A stretch of DNA of 57,259 nt, the filler included, from Basidioascus undulatus (Eukaryota), in assembly GCA_000826855.1 (NCBI GenBank). It is 3 parts of 3 records of this genome, joined end to end, with 100 filler letters (N's around TTAATTAATTAA, not from the genome) between each part and the next. Parts side by side here need not be neighbours in the genome. Positions count along the whole stretch, not along the records: positions 19,157 to 38,176 come from JTLS01000439.1; 2 more parts are not named here. One strand, written 5' to 3'. Position 1 is the stretch's first letter; the number at the start of each line of letters is the position of its first letter. The notes under the pieces are model-generated. The model ran no database searches, was not told the origin of the DNA, and saw only the letters and a program-made list of their open reading frames with translations. Shown here piece after piece: positions 22,874 to 34,905 of this stretch. Position numbers and translations under genes: made by a program.

Positions 22874-24288
22874 CTATTCTGCTAGAGCATGCGTGGGGTG
22901 GGTATCTGAAGCATAAGGGGGAATAACGATGGTTGGGAGCGACGACGCTTCTAACTGGGCACGAGCGCTATGGGAAGGCGGCTGCTCCGCCCGGCGCCGA
23001 TACCTTGGGAGCGCTTCGTCCTGACCTCGCTCGGCCGGGTCCGTCGCGACCAGGATACGCTTCTCCCAGACGAGCGTTTCCCCCAGCTCATTGGCGGGGA
23101 GGAGCCCCGGTAGCAGCGCCGTTTTGATTTCCAACCGGAGTTTGTACTGCTCCCCTTTCCGTCAGTGCCCACACCTCGTCTCTCCGCGAAGCTCCACGAC
23201 TCACGCCCAGCTGGATCCCATTGAGCTCGAACCCCGGTTCCGCGCCCTTGGGTATCTTGACCCTAAACTCGACGCGCATGGTGCGCCCGTCAGAGGAGGG
23301 GGAGCACCGCGTGACGGCCCCGCGCGCGAGCTTGATGTTGTGCGTGGACGTCGGGCGGAGGAGGAGCGTGTCCGGCTGGGAGGCGATGTGCTGCAGGAGC
23401 GCGAGGTGGAACGCCTCGGACGGCGGAGCGGACACGGCCGAGGGGTTCGGGAGGTTCACCATGAGCGAGAGGCGCGAGCCGTGGTGGTATGCGAGCGGGA
23501 GGGGGAGGGCAACCTGATGAAGTGGGGTTTTAAGTTAGAAGGCGTGGGGAGGGGATGGAAGAGGATGTCTGCGCACGGAGGAGTGTGGGACCGCACGGGT
23601 GAGGGAGAAGGCTTGTCGGGTCTGAGCGGGGGGGAGCGGACGGGGGATGGGGCGCGAGCGCAGGATGTACCGAATATTGAATATGATTCTGTGCATCCCA
23701 TCACCCCACAGCCTGAGCACGCCCGCTCCGAGCTCCGGTCCACGCATGGAAGGAAGACGCACAAGATGTCGCTCTTGCGCCAGCCGGCGCGCTCGATCTT
23801 GACGCTCCCGCGGTACAGGATGGCGAAGACCGGGCAGTGCTTGTGCTTGTACGAGGGCGGGAGGTCCGCAGGGAGCTCGGGCAGGCTGAAGGGGATCTTG
23901 TGAGGCGTTGATCTGGGGAGGGTGGGCGGCAGTGCAAGGGGGGCGGAGAGGGAGAGGAGCGGCCGAGGTGCATCCGGGAACGCTAGCGCTGTGCCCGTCA
24001 TCTGGAGTAATCCCCTTCCATTTCAGCCCACATACACACCAGGTCATCCAGAAAAGAACGCACCTCGACTTTGCCCTCCTTCAGACCGCCGCACTCAGCT
24101 CCGCCTTCATCGTCGCACACGACCTCGACCTCGCCCTCGAGCCGGTCCCCGCGGAAGAGGACGACCTCGCGCTCGCGCTGGCTCTTGATCCGGACCGTAA
24201 TCGACAGCCGGTCCTTAGGCTTGAGCAGCGTGGGGAGCGCGTGAATGGAGGCGGGGGGACAAGAGTATGGGGGGAGCGAGTCCAGCAT
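22874..24288 (-). CDS. Arrestin-like (alpha-arrestin/Ig-fold) protein with PY-type motifs
   Basis: MLDSLPPY...VLFRGDRLEGEVEV...|MTGTA...HKIPFSLPELPADLPPSY...ILYRGSVKIERAGWRKSDIL, then VKIPKGAEPGFELNGIQLG|YKLRLEI. C-terminal LPRY and IPPY. Stop at 22874. Confidence 0.7.
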
Positions 24289-26510
24289 CGCTCGGTGTAC
24301 GTGGGAGCGGCGGTTATGATGACAGTGATGTTGATGGTGATGATGATGTACGGCGGTCAGGAGGAGGAGCCGGTGCTGATCTTCGACGACATTCCTATGC
24401 AAGATGAGGCACTGATGAACGCGGCAGCCACGAATCAGCCACCCTCCCCCACGCCAGATCAAGGGCCCAGGGCAAGGGACTCCGACTGTCGGGGCTCGTC
24501 CGGCCAGGTCCGGCCGCGGACGAGGCACGACTTGAAACGCGATAAATTTTGGTCGGAAACGAGGGCTGCGTCCATGCGTGGGCTGCGTTCATGTCGACTG
24601 ACTTGCATGATTTTGACTACACGCACATCGCTGTTTCCTCATCTCACCAGAACTCAGGACCAATCTCGTGAAATAATGTGTTTGTACTGAAGAAGACAAG
24701 ACAGGACGGCAGATCCCTCGGAGGCTTTTGACTGGCAGCACACAGCTGCAGGCACTACTCCGACGATCAATGCTTTCGCCTTCCTTTTTGCCGTGGTGCT
24801 ATTCAAACAAAAAAAAAACGCGGCATTTTATAAAGTCGGTATTCAATGCAAAGACCTTAAAAGGTAATAGGTGGTGCAGGGTGCATATTCTGTCGCAACC
24901 CTCTGTCACACCGGTGTCTTCTTCCATGAAGCCTTCGGCCATGGCTGCGGAAAACATGCATGGTAACATGAGGAGGAGGACTATAATATAAAGATGGCTA
25001 TGGCTTCATGATCTGGCAAGACGGTGGAAGGGAAAGAGTAATTGTTTATACCAGATGCTCCGGTGGCACCGTCTCGTCAGGCTTGCGAAGGACCACGGCT
25101 GTGAGGCCAGAGTGTGTGGACATCGAATTAGGTTCTTTTTATTTTTGCAGAATTCCTTTTCAGGGAGTAACTCGGCCTCACACACGTTCGGCCGCATGCC
25201 TGCTCAAGTTGCTGGCTGTGAGCGATGTCTTTTTGTTCATTTGTCGATAGTCCAACTCTCTCCCAAAAGGACACGCTATCTAGCTTCCTACAATACTTCA
25301 GTCCGCTTGCATTTTGGGATACTACCAAGTGCACTCTCAACTTTCTACGACATGTTCTCGCTGGACCCCAACCGTCAATATTGGGCTGTGTTCAGGCATG
25401 GCTCCGTTTTCTCCGTTACCCTGGCACACCTTTCTGTGGGGGGGGAGGGTCGATAAGAAAAGAGCGTGGTGAGCAAGCATGGGCAAGCACACATATCAGG
25501 CCTCAGGCTGAGGGCTGTCAGGAACGTGAATGCGAAAAGCTGGTCGTCGATTCAAAGTCTTCCATGGTAGTTTCAGAGCGGGGCGAGTACATTAATCAAG
25601 CCCATGACCGTGGATAATCTTTGTTCTGCTTCTGCGAGGCCAGGCTCGCATTTTATCACACTCTGGGCGGCCTCGACCAGCATTTCATTCAACACAATAC
25701 AATGCCCTGACAAATACCCACAAGGCGTTGCTCCTCCTGGCGGCGGCGACGTTCCTCAGCTTGCCGCACCGCTTTGCACGTCTCGCACTCGCAGCCAGGT
25801 AGGTGGGCAACGTCAGGGTGGAGTGGACATTTGACCTGGCACAATAAGGGTTATTGCTCTATCTGGCCGTAAAAAGGAAATCATCTACATGTGTCCTTTT
25901 TTATGCAATCGTAGCTCAGAACCTTCTTGCAATATCCACTTTGGCTTGCACGTTACAAAAGTACTCAGGTGGATGGAAAAGATGTGATACTTACCAGTGG
26001 TGAGCGTCACCGCTGCTCATATTCTCAGCCTTTGATGATTAATTCTGGCGAGAGGAAGCATTACGTGGCAGTGTGTGGCGATTGCTTGTGTGGAGACGAA
26101 ATTGGCTGCAGTTGAGCTGTGGGATGCAGAGTCGTTCCCTTTTGATCAATCCCAGGTCCTTTGAGGCTGAATGTACAAATCATCCTCGGTGCCAGCCAAA
26201 ACATCAAGCAAATCGCACATGGAGGGTGAACACGTTGTGTGCTGCGGAAGATAGCATTCCACAAGGAATGGAGTACTGAGAACAAAGAGTAAAAACCTGT
26301 CCACAGGAACACAGGCTTGCAGGACAGGACTGAGAGGCCAGAGACATGTCACAAACCGACCATATGAACGGATATGGCGGATGTCCGCGACCTGATGTAC
26401 ACTTCTTGTTTTCTGGCAAGGACCGGCGTGCAAAACTCGTCTCGGCGCCCCTTCTGCTTTGCCACTTCCACCCTTCTGCTACCAGCCCATTCTGTAACCT
26501 CTCCACCAAC

Positions 26511-27150
26511 ATGTCCGAGATCAATACAGATGCCTCAGCCCTGCCCGACTTTATCCTGGCACTCGATACTCTAGCCGCTCATTCTGTGCGCGCCCGCCTC
26601 AATCGCGCTGCCGCTGTCACGAGCAACGAGCAGACCCCAGTGACCTGCGTCTCCCGCTCTCAGCCTGTCTGTGGCTCCTTCAACGTTGTGTTCAAGTCTG
26701 ACTTTTCCGACGGTATCTGTTGGGCTCATTGCGTCCCCCTTGCACCGCCACGCCGGCCAGCAAGCGCCGTATGCGCCCGACGTTTCCACGATGCGCCTCA
26801 TCTAGGCCCACATGGTGGTGCCCATCCCGGCCATTCACGATTGCTAGTATATATCACATCAAGAGCAGGTGTCCCCCGAACTTCACCTCTCACTAGCGGC
26901 CTCAGAAGACCCGGGATCGTCCCACAGTACTTCGAGCTCTCGCCCCCACCCCGAGAAATCACCTACTGAGCTGGCCGCCCATCGCGAGCTGTACCACTCG
27001 CTCATGACCTCTGTTGACCCAGGACTGGGTGCTCTCACCCGTAACCCTCATACCTATGAAGCCATCGAAATCGCGATCTTTCACTGTTAGCAGCGAGGAC
27101 TGATTCTCGATAAGTTCTGCGAATATGTCTATGGTCCGATGGCGAGCAGG
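26511..27150 (+). pseudogene. Aminoglycoside-phosphotransferase-like (APH/kinase-like) gene remnant
   Basis: PVCGSFNVVFKSDFSDGICWAHCVP matches the fungal APH-like N-lobe (GSFN..F..EF.DG..W..RIP). After a frameshift comes TMRLI*AHMVVPIPAIHDC with TAG at 26803-26805. Most of the catalytic lobe is missing; 3' boundary approximate. Confidence 0.7.
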
Positions 27151-28228
27151 GACTTGTTCGATCACGAACTCGGCGAAGCCGTGGTGGGCGGGGACTGGTT
27201 GAAGACGATGGGCGAGACAGAGGGAGCGAATGCCACTTGATATGAGAGCATGTTCGAAGTTGGAGGGCGCGTGGGGAGACGATGTGCGGGTTGCAATTGC
27301 GCATGCATGTTTGACAAGATTACGCCCAAGTGTGTCTAGACTTTCTATGTGTTGTGCAAACTTGAGATGTATTGAAGAAAATTTATCCTGCATGGACCGT
27401 CAAAATGCTAGGAAGACAGCACAAAGACTGGTGACGTTTTGAAACCGCCGTTTGCGCCGAGTACGTGTCGAGACAACACCACCTGCGCACGTTCGCTGAC
27501 CATCGAAGATGTGGAAGTATCGAGACAGATATGCTTGTAGAGAATATCAACGGCAGGGGACATCAAGCACGGTCGCTGTCAGCTGCCGCAGCCGTGTACA
27601 GCGTTTGCCAATGGCAGTCAACCTTTGTCCCAGCCGCGGCGGCTGAAGGCTTCAAGCCAGTATGGGGCATATTGATGCTGCCTTGATACGATTCGAACAG
27701 TTCATTTCACCCAAGCTCCTGCTCTTATCCAGTTTTCTGCGCCACGCGAAACCCCTAAGTCCCTTCACCACCCCTTCACTGGGCGCCAACTGTTTTGTGC
27801 ATGCCTCCGGCCCCTGACCTTTTCTGCCCTTCTTGTTGTACTGGTAGACTCCCATCAATATTCCTTATTCGCCATCACGAAATACAGCCCAAGCTGAACC
27901 TACATGCGAGCAGGAACACCTTTTGACTGTGCAGCTCGAGCGACAAGATGCATAGAAGCGAAGACCAGAAGGCCTAAGGTTGGAACTTCCAAGGTAGTGA
28001 ATATGAAATATTGATGGTCGTTTCTACACTCTTTAGTCTTTCAGATTTGTTTTTCAGTGGGGAGGCGCCCTCTTGGGGTGTAGGAGTGCAGAGGATACCG
28101 TTCTGCAGGCGGTATTGGGCAGCTTATTTTCTCAAGATATCAAAAAGCCCAGGGTGATTGTTACATATTACGCATATGATTCCCGGAGGTATCGTTGAGA
28201 AGGGGTATAAGGCAACAAGACCTGGCTA

Positions 28229-29045
28229 CTATAGGAGTGCCGCACCGACCGCCGCGGCAACCAGGAAAGCGAGAGAGCCACGCAGCGCCGACGACCCGTT
28301 GTCTCCCTCCGTGTCCTTCGACTCAGCCGCCGCAGTCCCGGTCGGGAGGGTTGCAGATTTCCTAGTGGAGCTCGAGCTGGGGGTGGCCGCTGTCCTAGTG
28401 GCACTCGAGCTGGGGAGGGTGATCGTGCCGCTGAAGTCGACAGGAACCGCCGAGGAAAAGCCGGCGTCTACAATCGTACTGCAGGCCTGCTCGAATTGGG
28501 AGGCTTCGCGTCCACCTCAATATGAGCCAAAGCCAATTCCCGGTGTGCCTCAGCTCGTGATGCGGGCGGATGACAGCACGTACTGGAGATGCCGGAGTAC
28601 GGCAGGATGCACTCGAGGCACTTCTTGTTGTCGCCCTGGTTTGCCCACGTGCACGCGCACAAGGGGTCGACAGTGTTCCCAGAGGTGTCATAGCATTTCT
28701 GGAGTGCCACCCAAAGCAATGTCAAATCCTGATTCTTCAAGCGCTTTTCACGAGGAGACGTACGAGGAGTCCCTCCTGCTCCGAAGCGGAGCACTCGGTC
28801 GCACCCGTGCACGCCTCCGTCTGGCGCTTGAACAGCCCCGCAGCGTTGGGGGACTGCCCCATACGGCGGATCAGGTCCGCACCGCTGTGGTCGGTCGAGG
28901 CGGCAGCGACTGCAAAGTGAGGCACAGAAGGTCAGGATTGGCCGAGCAGCTTTCCGTGCCCGTAACGAGCTTGCGAAGTGCGATGCAACGCACAGATGGC
29001 TGCGTAGCAGCCTGCTACGAGTAGGGCAAGAAGAGGGCGAGCCAT
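28229..29045 (-). CDS. Small secreted GPI-anchored protein with an 8-Cys CFEM-like domain and Ser/Thr stalk
   Basis: Four exons. Signal MARPLLALLVAGCYAAI|FAAAS, Kex2 site LFKR-Q, CTGATECSASEQEGLL|KCYDTSGNTVDPLCACTWANQGDNKKCLECILPYSGIS|TSQFEQAC, S/T-rich linker, GPI-type tail NGSSALRGSLAFLVAAAVGAALL*. Confidence 0.82.
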
Positions 29046-29688
29046 GACCACGCTAGGCGATTAGAGGGATTGACACTCTGAGTGGAAAGGGGGATGAGGA
29101 AGAGGAGAAGGAAGAGCCAACACGGCCAGCATTGCTTGCCCCCCCGTCGCTCCCCTGTTCAATAACATTAGTTCGAGTCAGGCACGGTGAAGGATGACGG
29201 CGCTCGGTTCCGTTGAGCATTTGTGCCTTGTTGTGCCGTGTGGCGGGTCTGCGGGGACCCACAAAAAACCATGTGACACGAGGCGCGAGATGAATGTGGC
29301 GCAACTATTGTGGTTGATATAAACTGAGTAACGTCCTCCGTGTGCTAAGAAAACTCCAAGGCGACACTACTGTGACGGGAAAGTGAGGCCTGGCTTGGAT
29401 GGGCGGAGCATCATGTGTTGCAGCTGAAGTGGCGCTGACAAAAGCGAGCGGTGCCTTCCAAGGTTAATTTCGTCTTGGTTAATCTCGAAGACGCTTGCTT
29501 TGGGCTGGAAGGGTAACAAGGAACACAGGGCGGGAAGCCGCTCGCGGTCTCACCGTGTCTCTTGCTTGGACATCGCGCTCGGCACGAAAGCGCGGCGGTG
29601 TCCGTTAAAACTCCAGCGATGGCTGGCCGGTTCTCCTTCATTCTACCTTCCCCTGCTCTTCGCACTCTTTCCAAGATCCATCGTTGGC

Positions 29689-31213
29689 ATGATCCACCGC
29701 TCAACAGCCTCCGCGGCCGTCGCCGCCGCAGCCTTCTCCGCCGCAGCCTTCTCCGCCGTCTGCCGCGCATTGCCTCAGTTGCCCCAGGCTGGACCGTGGG
29801 CGCCCTGGCTCCCGAATGGGCCCTGGCTCTACTTCACTGAGCCTGAAACGAGAAGGATAGACGAGATCTACGACGCCGCACTGCAGGAGAGCGGCCAGCT
29901 GGTGGTGCGGTGGGGTGGCGACGAGCAGTATGTTGCCGATGCTTTCAAAGCGGCGTTTCTGAAGGTGCGTTCGGGTATCTCTTGGGTGAGGAGGTGGAGT
30001 AAAAATCTTGGGTGTGCCTAGGAATTTCCCCTCATCAACATTACCACCATCCCGGACCTCTCGAAGTACCACGACAGCGCCATTGACCAGAGTCTGCAGA
30101 CCGAGGGTGTTGCAGGAGTAGATGTCGCGGTGTACGTCCTGATCACTCGAACAACCCATCATCTTCTGAAGCTCTGCCTCCATCATATCCAGGTTGCAAA
30201 CGCTGCAAGACTTTGACAGGTGGCGCGACCTGGGCGAGCTGCTTCCGTACAAGCCTCCTGCATGGGACTTGATCCGTCCGGGCATGAAGGACCCCGATGG
30301 GTACTACGTTGGCTATTGGATTACGGCCTTCACGTGAGTCTCTGAGCCTTGAAATATTCTATCGGAACGCTCACAATTAGGGGTACAGCAATGTCCGCAA
30401 CTTCACCACCGTATCGGTGGACGAAGCTCCACGAGAGTACACCGACTACCTCGACCCGAAGTGGAAAGGCCAGATCGTCTTGACGTCTGTCCTTTTCCCC
30501 TCTATGGGAGTCTGACAACGATTATTCACAAATGACATTGAAGGTATCCCGGCGACGACGACGCCATGCTCTTCCAGTTCTCCAAGGCCGTCACTGCGCA
30601 CGGCTGGTCCTGGTTCGAAGCGCTCCTGGCTCAGGAACCTAAGTGGGTCCGGGGGGCACAGTCTCCGCGCCTCTGGTTCCCGACCATCGAACGAGCAGTG
30701 AGCTTCACGAGCGGTGGACTCGGCCTCAACTGCGGCCCTACGCTCTGCACAACTCTGCCGAAGACCGACCGCTTCGTCTCGTGGCCGCAGTCGGGCGCGA
30801 TCTTCAAGACGGCTAAGAACAAGGAAGCGGCCAAGCTGTTCGTCGCGTTCGCCACCAGCAAGCTGTACCAGAAGACCATATCCACTTGGAGCACGAGGAC
30901 GGACATTCCCCCTCCTCCTGGGTATGGGCGTAAGCATTTTGACTCTCGGTCGCGGTGCTGCTCAGCTGAACTGCCTGCCTGTCTGTTCCTTTTCAGCCTT
31001 CGAGGACTACCCGACAGACCCTTACGAGTTCCACAGGGTAAGCACTTTGCGGAATGGTCTTTCAAAATTTCTCACTGAACGCCAGGTTGGCTTCAATAGT
31101 TCATGGAGGACCGGGCGTTGGTCGAGCGTCTGCGCTTCATGTTCGAGCGGTACTTGGGACCTCCCCAAGGTCTTTCTCCTTTGGTCGACGGCGTTACTGC
31201 GGGCACGTTTTAG
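29689..31213 (+). CDS. Secreted periplasmic-binding-protein type II (bacterial ABC Fe3+/thiamine/polyamine solute-binding-like) protein, multi-exon
   Basis: Ala-rich signal MIHRSTASAAVAAAAFSAAAFSAVCRA, then ETRRIDEIYDAALQESGQLVVRWGGD, DLSKYHD, LQTLQDFDRW, DYLDPKWKGQIVLT|YPGDDDAMLFQF, FVSWPQSGAIFKTAKNKEAAKLF and FMEDRALVERLRF. TAG at 31211-31213. Confidence 0.88.
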
Positions 31214-32049
31214 TTAGTCTTTATTCTGCCACTATATTTCGGACCTTCCTCTTTCTCAAGATTTTGGGAAAGGTTATGTGCACACTTGCCGTTTAATGTA
31301 GATCAGAACGCTGCCGTTGCCTGTTCATTGGGTCTCCCGATCAGTTGGGGCGTGGTAGTTGACTCCCAGAGCTAACGAGATCAACACACACGGAAGGATC
31401 CTGGTGAAACTGTAAATGGTCTACTGTTACTGGGAAATGAATGTACACAAGCAAGCATCAAACCATTGGGCTGGAGTTTGTCTGATGAGGCCGGTGACAT
31501 CGTTGCGACGCTTCTCATCGTACAATACCACCTCCGCCCCGTCACCTCCACCTTTTACAGACCCTCCAAGTAACGAAGCACTCTATGTCCCCTCATTATG
31601 CATATGAAGGAGCCAATTTCACTGCTTGACACCGCAGAATTTTGGGTTCAGCGCTCTCCCACGGTGGCCCGTGGGCGGCAACATGCTCCCCGATTGCCCT
31701 TGTTTGGGCGGCATTGAGTGTATCTATTGCATTCTGAAGAGGGTAAGGGGTGCTCCTAAATACAACTGGGCTTTTGAGGGATCAATATTGAGACCTTGCA
31801 GAGAGGCAAGTCAGCGCATATGTCGCCTCTAAATTGGTTCTTATAATCGACCTTGCACTCAATCCATAATGTACTTTGATAGAAATAAAGAGGTGTATTG
31901 GAAGCTTACCGGGGCAAAAAAATGTTTTGAAAACTTGTGGAACAGCGACGCGGAAGCCGCAAGGTGTGGTCATGCCGCGATTTGTCCTGGTCCTTGGTCT
32001 CTGTCCACGCCCACCCAACTCTCGAGTACTCTCCCAAACCACCCCCGCC

Positions 32050-33723
32050 CCCCCACAGGCCTACAAACTTTCAAGTCATGCATCACTCCATCTGAACAGC
32101 TCCGCACGGCATATCTTCGACCACTCGCAGGGAACAAGGGTCCAGCAAGCATGGCCAGAGCCCCTTTGCGCCAACAGCGGCGTCGGGTCATTCGACCACC
32201 TCAACGCCCTCAACCATCCTACGCACCAATACGCTGACCTTGAGCCGGAACCTACAAGAGTCAGTGGAGGGGAAGACCAGGCAGAGCGCGCAAGCGGCTG
32301 CCAAAGGTCAGCGTGTGCCGTCTGGTTCTCCTCGCCGTCGAACCCGATAGGGGGCGCTGACTGACGCTCCCTTCTGGGATCATAGCACGACGGGTGGCTC
32401 TTCGCGCCGTGGAGTTCGTCTCGTTCCTTTTCGGAACCCCGCTGCTCAGCATATTCCTTCGCAGTTTAGACATACGAAGGAATGCAGTTCATCGACTACC
32501 TCACTCTCTTCGCCTTGGCGCCCCGGCGGTGGACCTACGCGTATGGACCTCCGCGTCCTGTTTTCGGGACAGTCATACCGCGCAAGCAGCGCATATCGTC
32601 ATGGCCAACTACAACCGAGGGAAGTCTGAATATTTCGCATTGACTGTAGGGGAACTCTCTGTGGTTGAATGTGGCAGGCGTGCTGTACCGCATGCTGAAA
32701 CAATACTGCGAGGACCAGGTCACTTTCCAACAAGCTCAATAGCGAACTCAACAGGATGCGGGTGCGCAGGCTGCAATAGACAGACAAGGAGTATGTCAAG
32801 TGTTCCTGAAGGCTGGACGAGCTGGAGCGGCGAATGAGAAAGAGAGATGCCGACGGGCTTGGTGAGCTGCCCTTGCGGCGTGACGGAATGCGTTTGGTGT
32901 ACGTGCTGACGATCAAGGGACCACAGATCTGTTTTGGGAACGCGAAGAATACTTGCGTTTTGAGCGCGACAATGTTCGTATACAAGATGAGGACGCGCTC
33001 CGCCGACTCCTCTACTTTGAGGGGACCGACTACTTACGCACGCTGGCTGAGCGGAATGCAAGAGATGTGGAAGCTGATACGCCTGTTCAAGCATACTGAA
33101 AGAAATCAATACACGGGCCTTACAGTGCGTCTGATTGAAGTCCTGGACGAAGACGCAGAGAACGAGAACGAAGGGGAGGAACAGGAATACGGAGATGAAG
33201 GCGAGTTTGTTTGCGCCAGTCGCCAGCCGGATTGTCCATTGGCAGTTAGGTGCTCAACTTCTGATCACCCTTTACAGAGGGTACCCCGCCCCCTCAGTAT
33301 AAGTATCCGCCGCCCTATCCTGCTGCAGACTCCGCGATGTCCGGCTGAGGTTGAGCCGTCCCATGTCACGTTGGTATTCTTCGCCCTGCTCTCAGGCTTT
33401 CAGTCTCCGCACTTACAGAAATGTTCTCAAAAGCTCGCAAAGGCGCCAATTTTCTCACTATGTATTCGCCTAAGATGTGGGAGTATGGCCCTCGTGCCTA
33501 CAAACAACCGGCCTTCAACATTGGACGTGAAACGACCACCCCCTCCCACTTCTCCTCATCTTCCTACCAACTAACGCTTTCCATCTCCCGCTATTACTCA
33601 ATATCATTTCCAAACTCCCAGACGACGCTCTCGCCCATATTTTCGAGGTTATTCATGACGACCCCATCTTTGGACAGCAAGGTTTGCACTACGTCGTGCA
33701 AGTTTTTCGGAGATGGAATGTGA
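32050..33723 (+). pseudogene. Unidentified degenerate coding region
   Basis: Protein-like stretches (MRLVYVLTIKGPQICFG...WKLIRLFKH...EDAENENEGEEQEYGDEG; KGANFLTMYSPKMWEYGPRAYKQPAF) and intron-like signals (GTCAGC...CTGAC...TAG at ~32307-32384). I could not join them into an open frame; boundaries approximate. Confidence 0.35.
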
Positions 33724-33950
33724 GTTTCTATCAAAGGTGGAAGCCCATCGATTAGCTGAAGTGCATCTTCAGATTATAGCAATGCCGTACTTATATCGGA
33801 CTGTTCACTTGGGCCGCTGAGGCGAGTGAAGTCGGATCGTAACGTGTCTTTCTGTATTTCTTCCTCCAACCCACCATCTCCGCACGATCCTCGCACCCAA
33901 CCATCCCTCACAAGCCCCCTCTCATCATATCATACTCAGTCGCTTCGGCC

Positions 33951-34905
33951 ATGGCAGCCCCGCGCCTTCCTCTTGAGCTCCTACACCGCATCTTCGAGCT
34001 GGCCGCTGAACCGTCGCACTCGCTCGCGTACACCCGCGACTGGGCGTTCCTCGCTTCGCTCTGCCTCGTCTCTCGATTGCTGCTTCCCGTCGCTCGCAGG
34101 TTGCTTTACGATTCCGTGGTCATCTCGAGCGCCATTCAGCTCGAAGTGTTCTTGAACTGTGCTGCAGAGCCATGCACCGCTCGCTTCGAACATTCGCTCA
34201 CTTGCGTTTCTGCCGTTCAAGGGTGACCACCGCAAAGGGTCCTTACTCTATCTCAGCACCATTCTTTACTTGTTTCGGGGTCGTTGAAACCGTCTCGCTT
34301 TGGACCGCAACGATTTACCTTTCGATGCAGACAAGGCTGCTTCTCTGGCCATCCGCAACGCAATTGGCAACATTCCCCTTCTCGAGGAATTTGTTTGTCC
34401 GGGGTGTCCGGGCGCCATGGCGGCTGCATTGGAATCCCCAAACTCTGACAATATTCTGCGCCACTCTGACTACTTTCCCCTTGCGGTCCGACACGACTAT
34501 CATGCAGCATTGCGTTTGCCCCGCGACGCTTCCTTGCCATCTCTCGCCCAGATAGTTACCGCCGATCTTTATCCACTCCTCGGGGAATCACTTTACAGCT
34601 TCAAATAAGCTTACCTCTCTGAGTATGGGGGTTTCGTTCAAAGCTGTCCCCGCCTAGAAAGTTGCATCTTCCTCGTTGGCTGCCCGCCAGACAAAATTGC
34701 CGACGTCCACGTCATGCAGCGCTCTCGCACATGGTGGACTCGAGGTTACGCTGGTGAAGTCGTTTTTATTTCTGAAGCCTAGATTAAAGAGCGTATGATG
34801 GACCTGGCTATTGATGGTATGCTCGGGGAGCAGCGTGGGACGTTTTATGCTCATGAAGAGGGGGGACATGTGGGCAGCTTGGCTTGGGCCGGGGACTCGT
34901 TGACA
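33951..34905 (+). pseudogene. F-box-like gene, frameshifted with premature stops
   Basis: MAAPRLPLELLHRIFELAA...LASLCLVSRLLLPVARRLLYDSVVI, then a frameshift near 34170 to APLASNIRSLAF. In-frame TGA at 34285, TAA at 34606 and TAG at ~34780. Confidence 0.78.

Noticed and set aside
23908..24690. 260-aa + strand ORF with a Met-rich stretch
   Set aside because: Antisense to the arrestin-like exons; the Met run comes from a (GAT)n-like repeat in the probable 5' UTR.
25927..25970. YPLWLARY resembling a GH25 lysozyme motif
   Set aside because: Only 8 residues, with no other GH25 motif nearby.
28158..29024. 288-aa + strand ORF
   Set aside because: Antisense shadow of the spliced GPI-protein gene, which has signal peptide, splice sites and GPI tail on the - strand.
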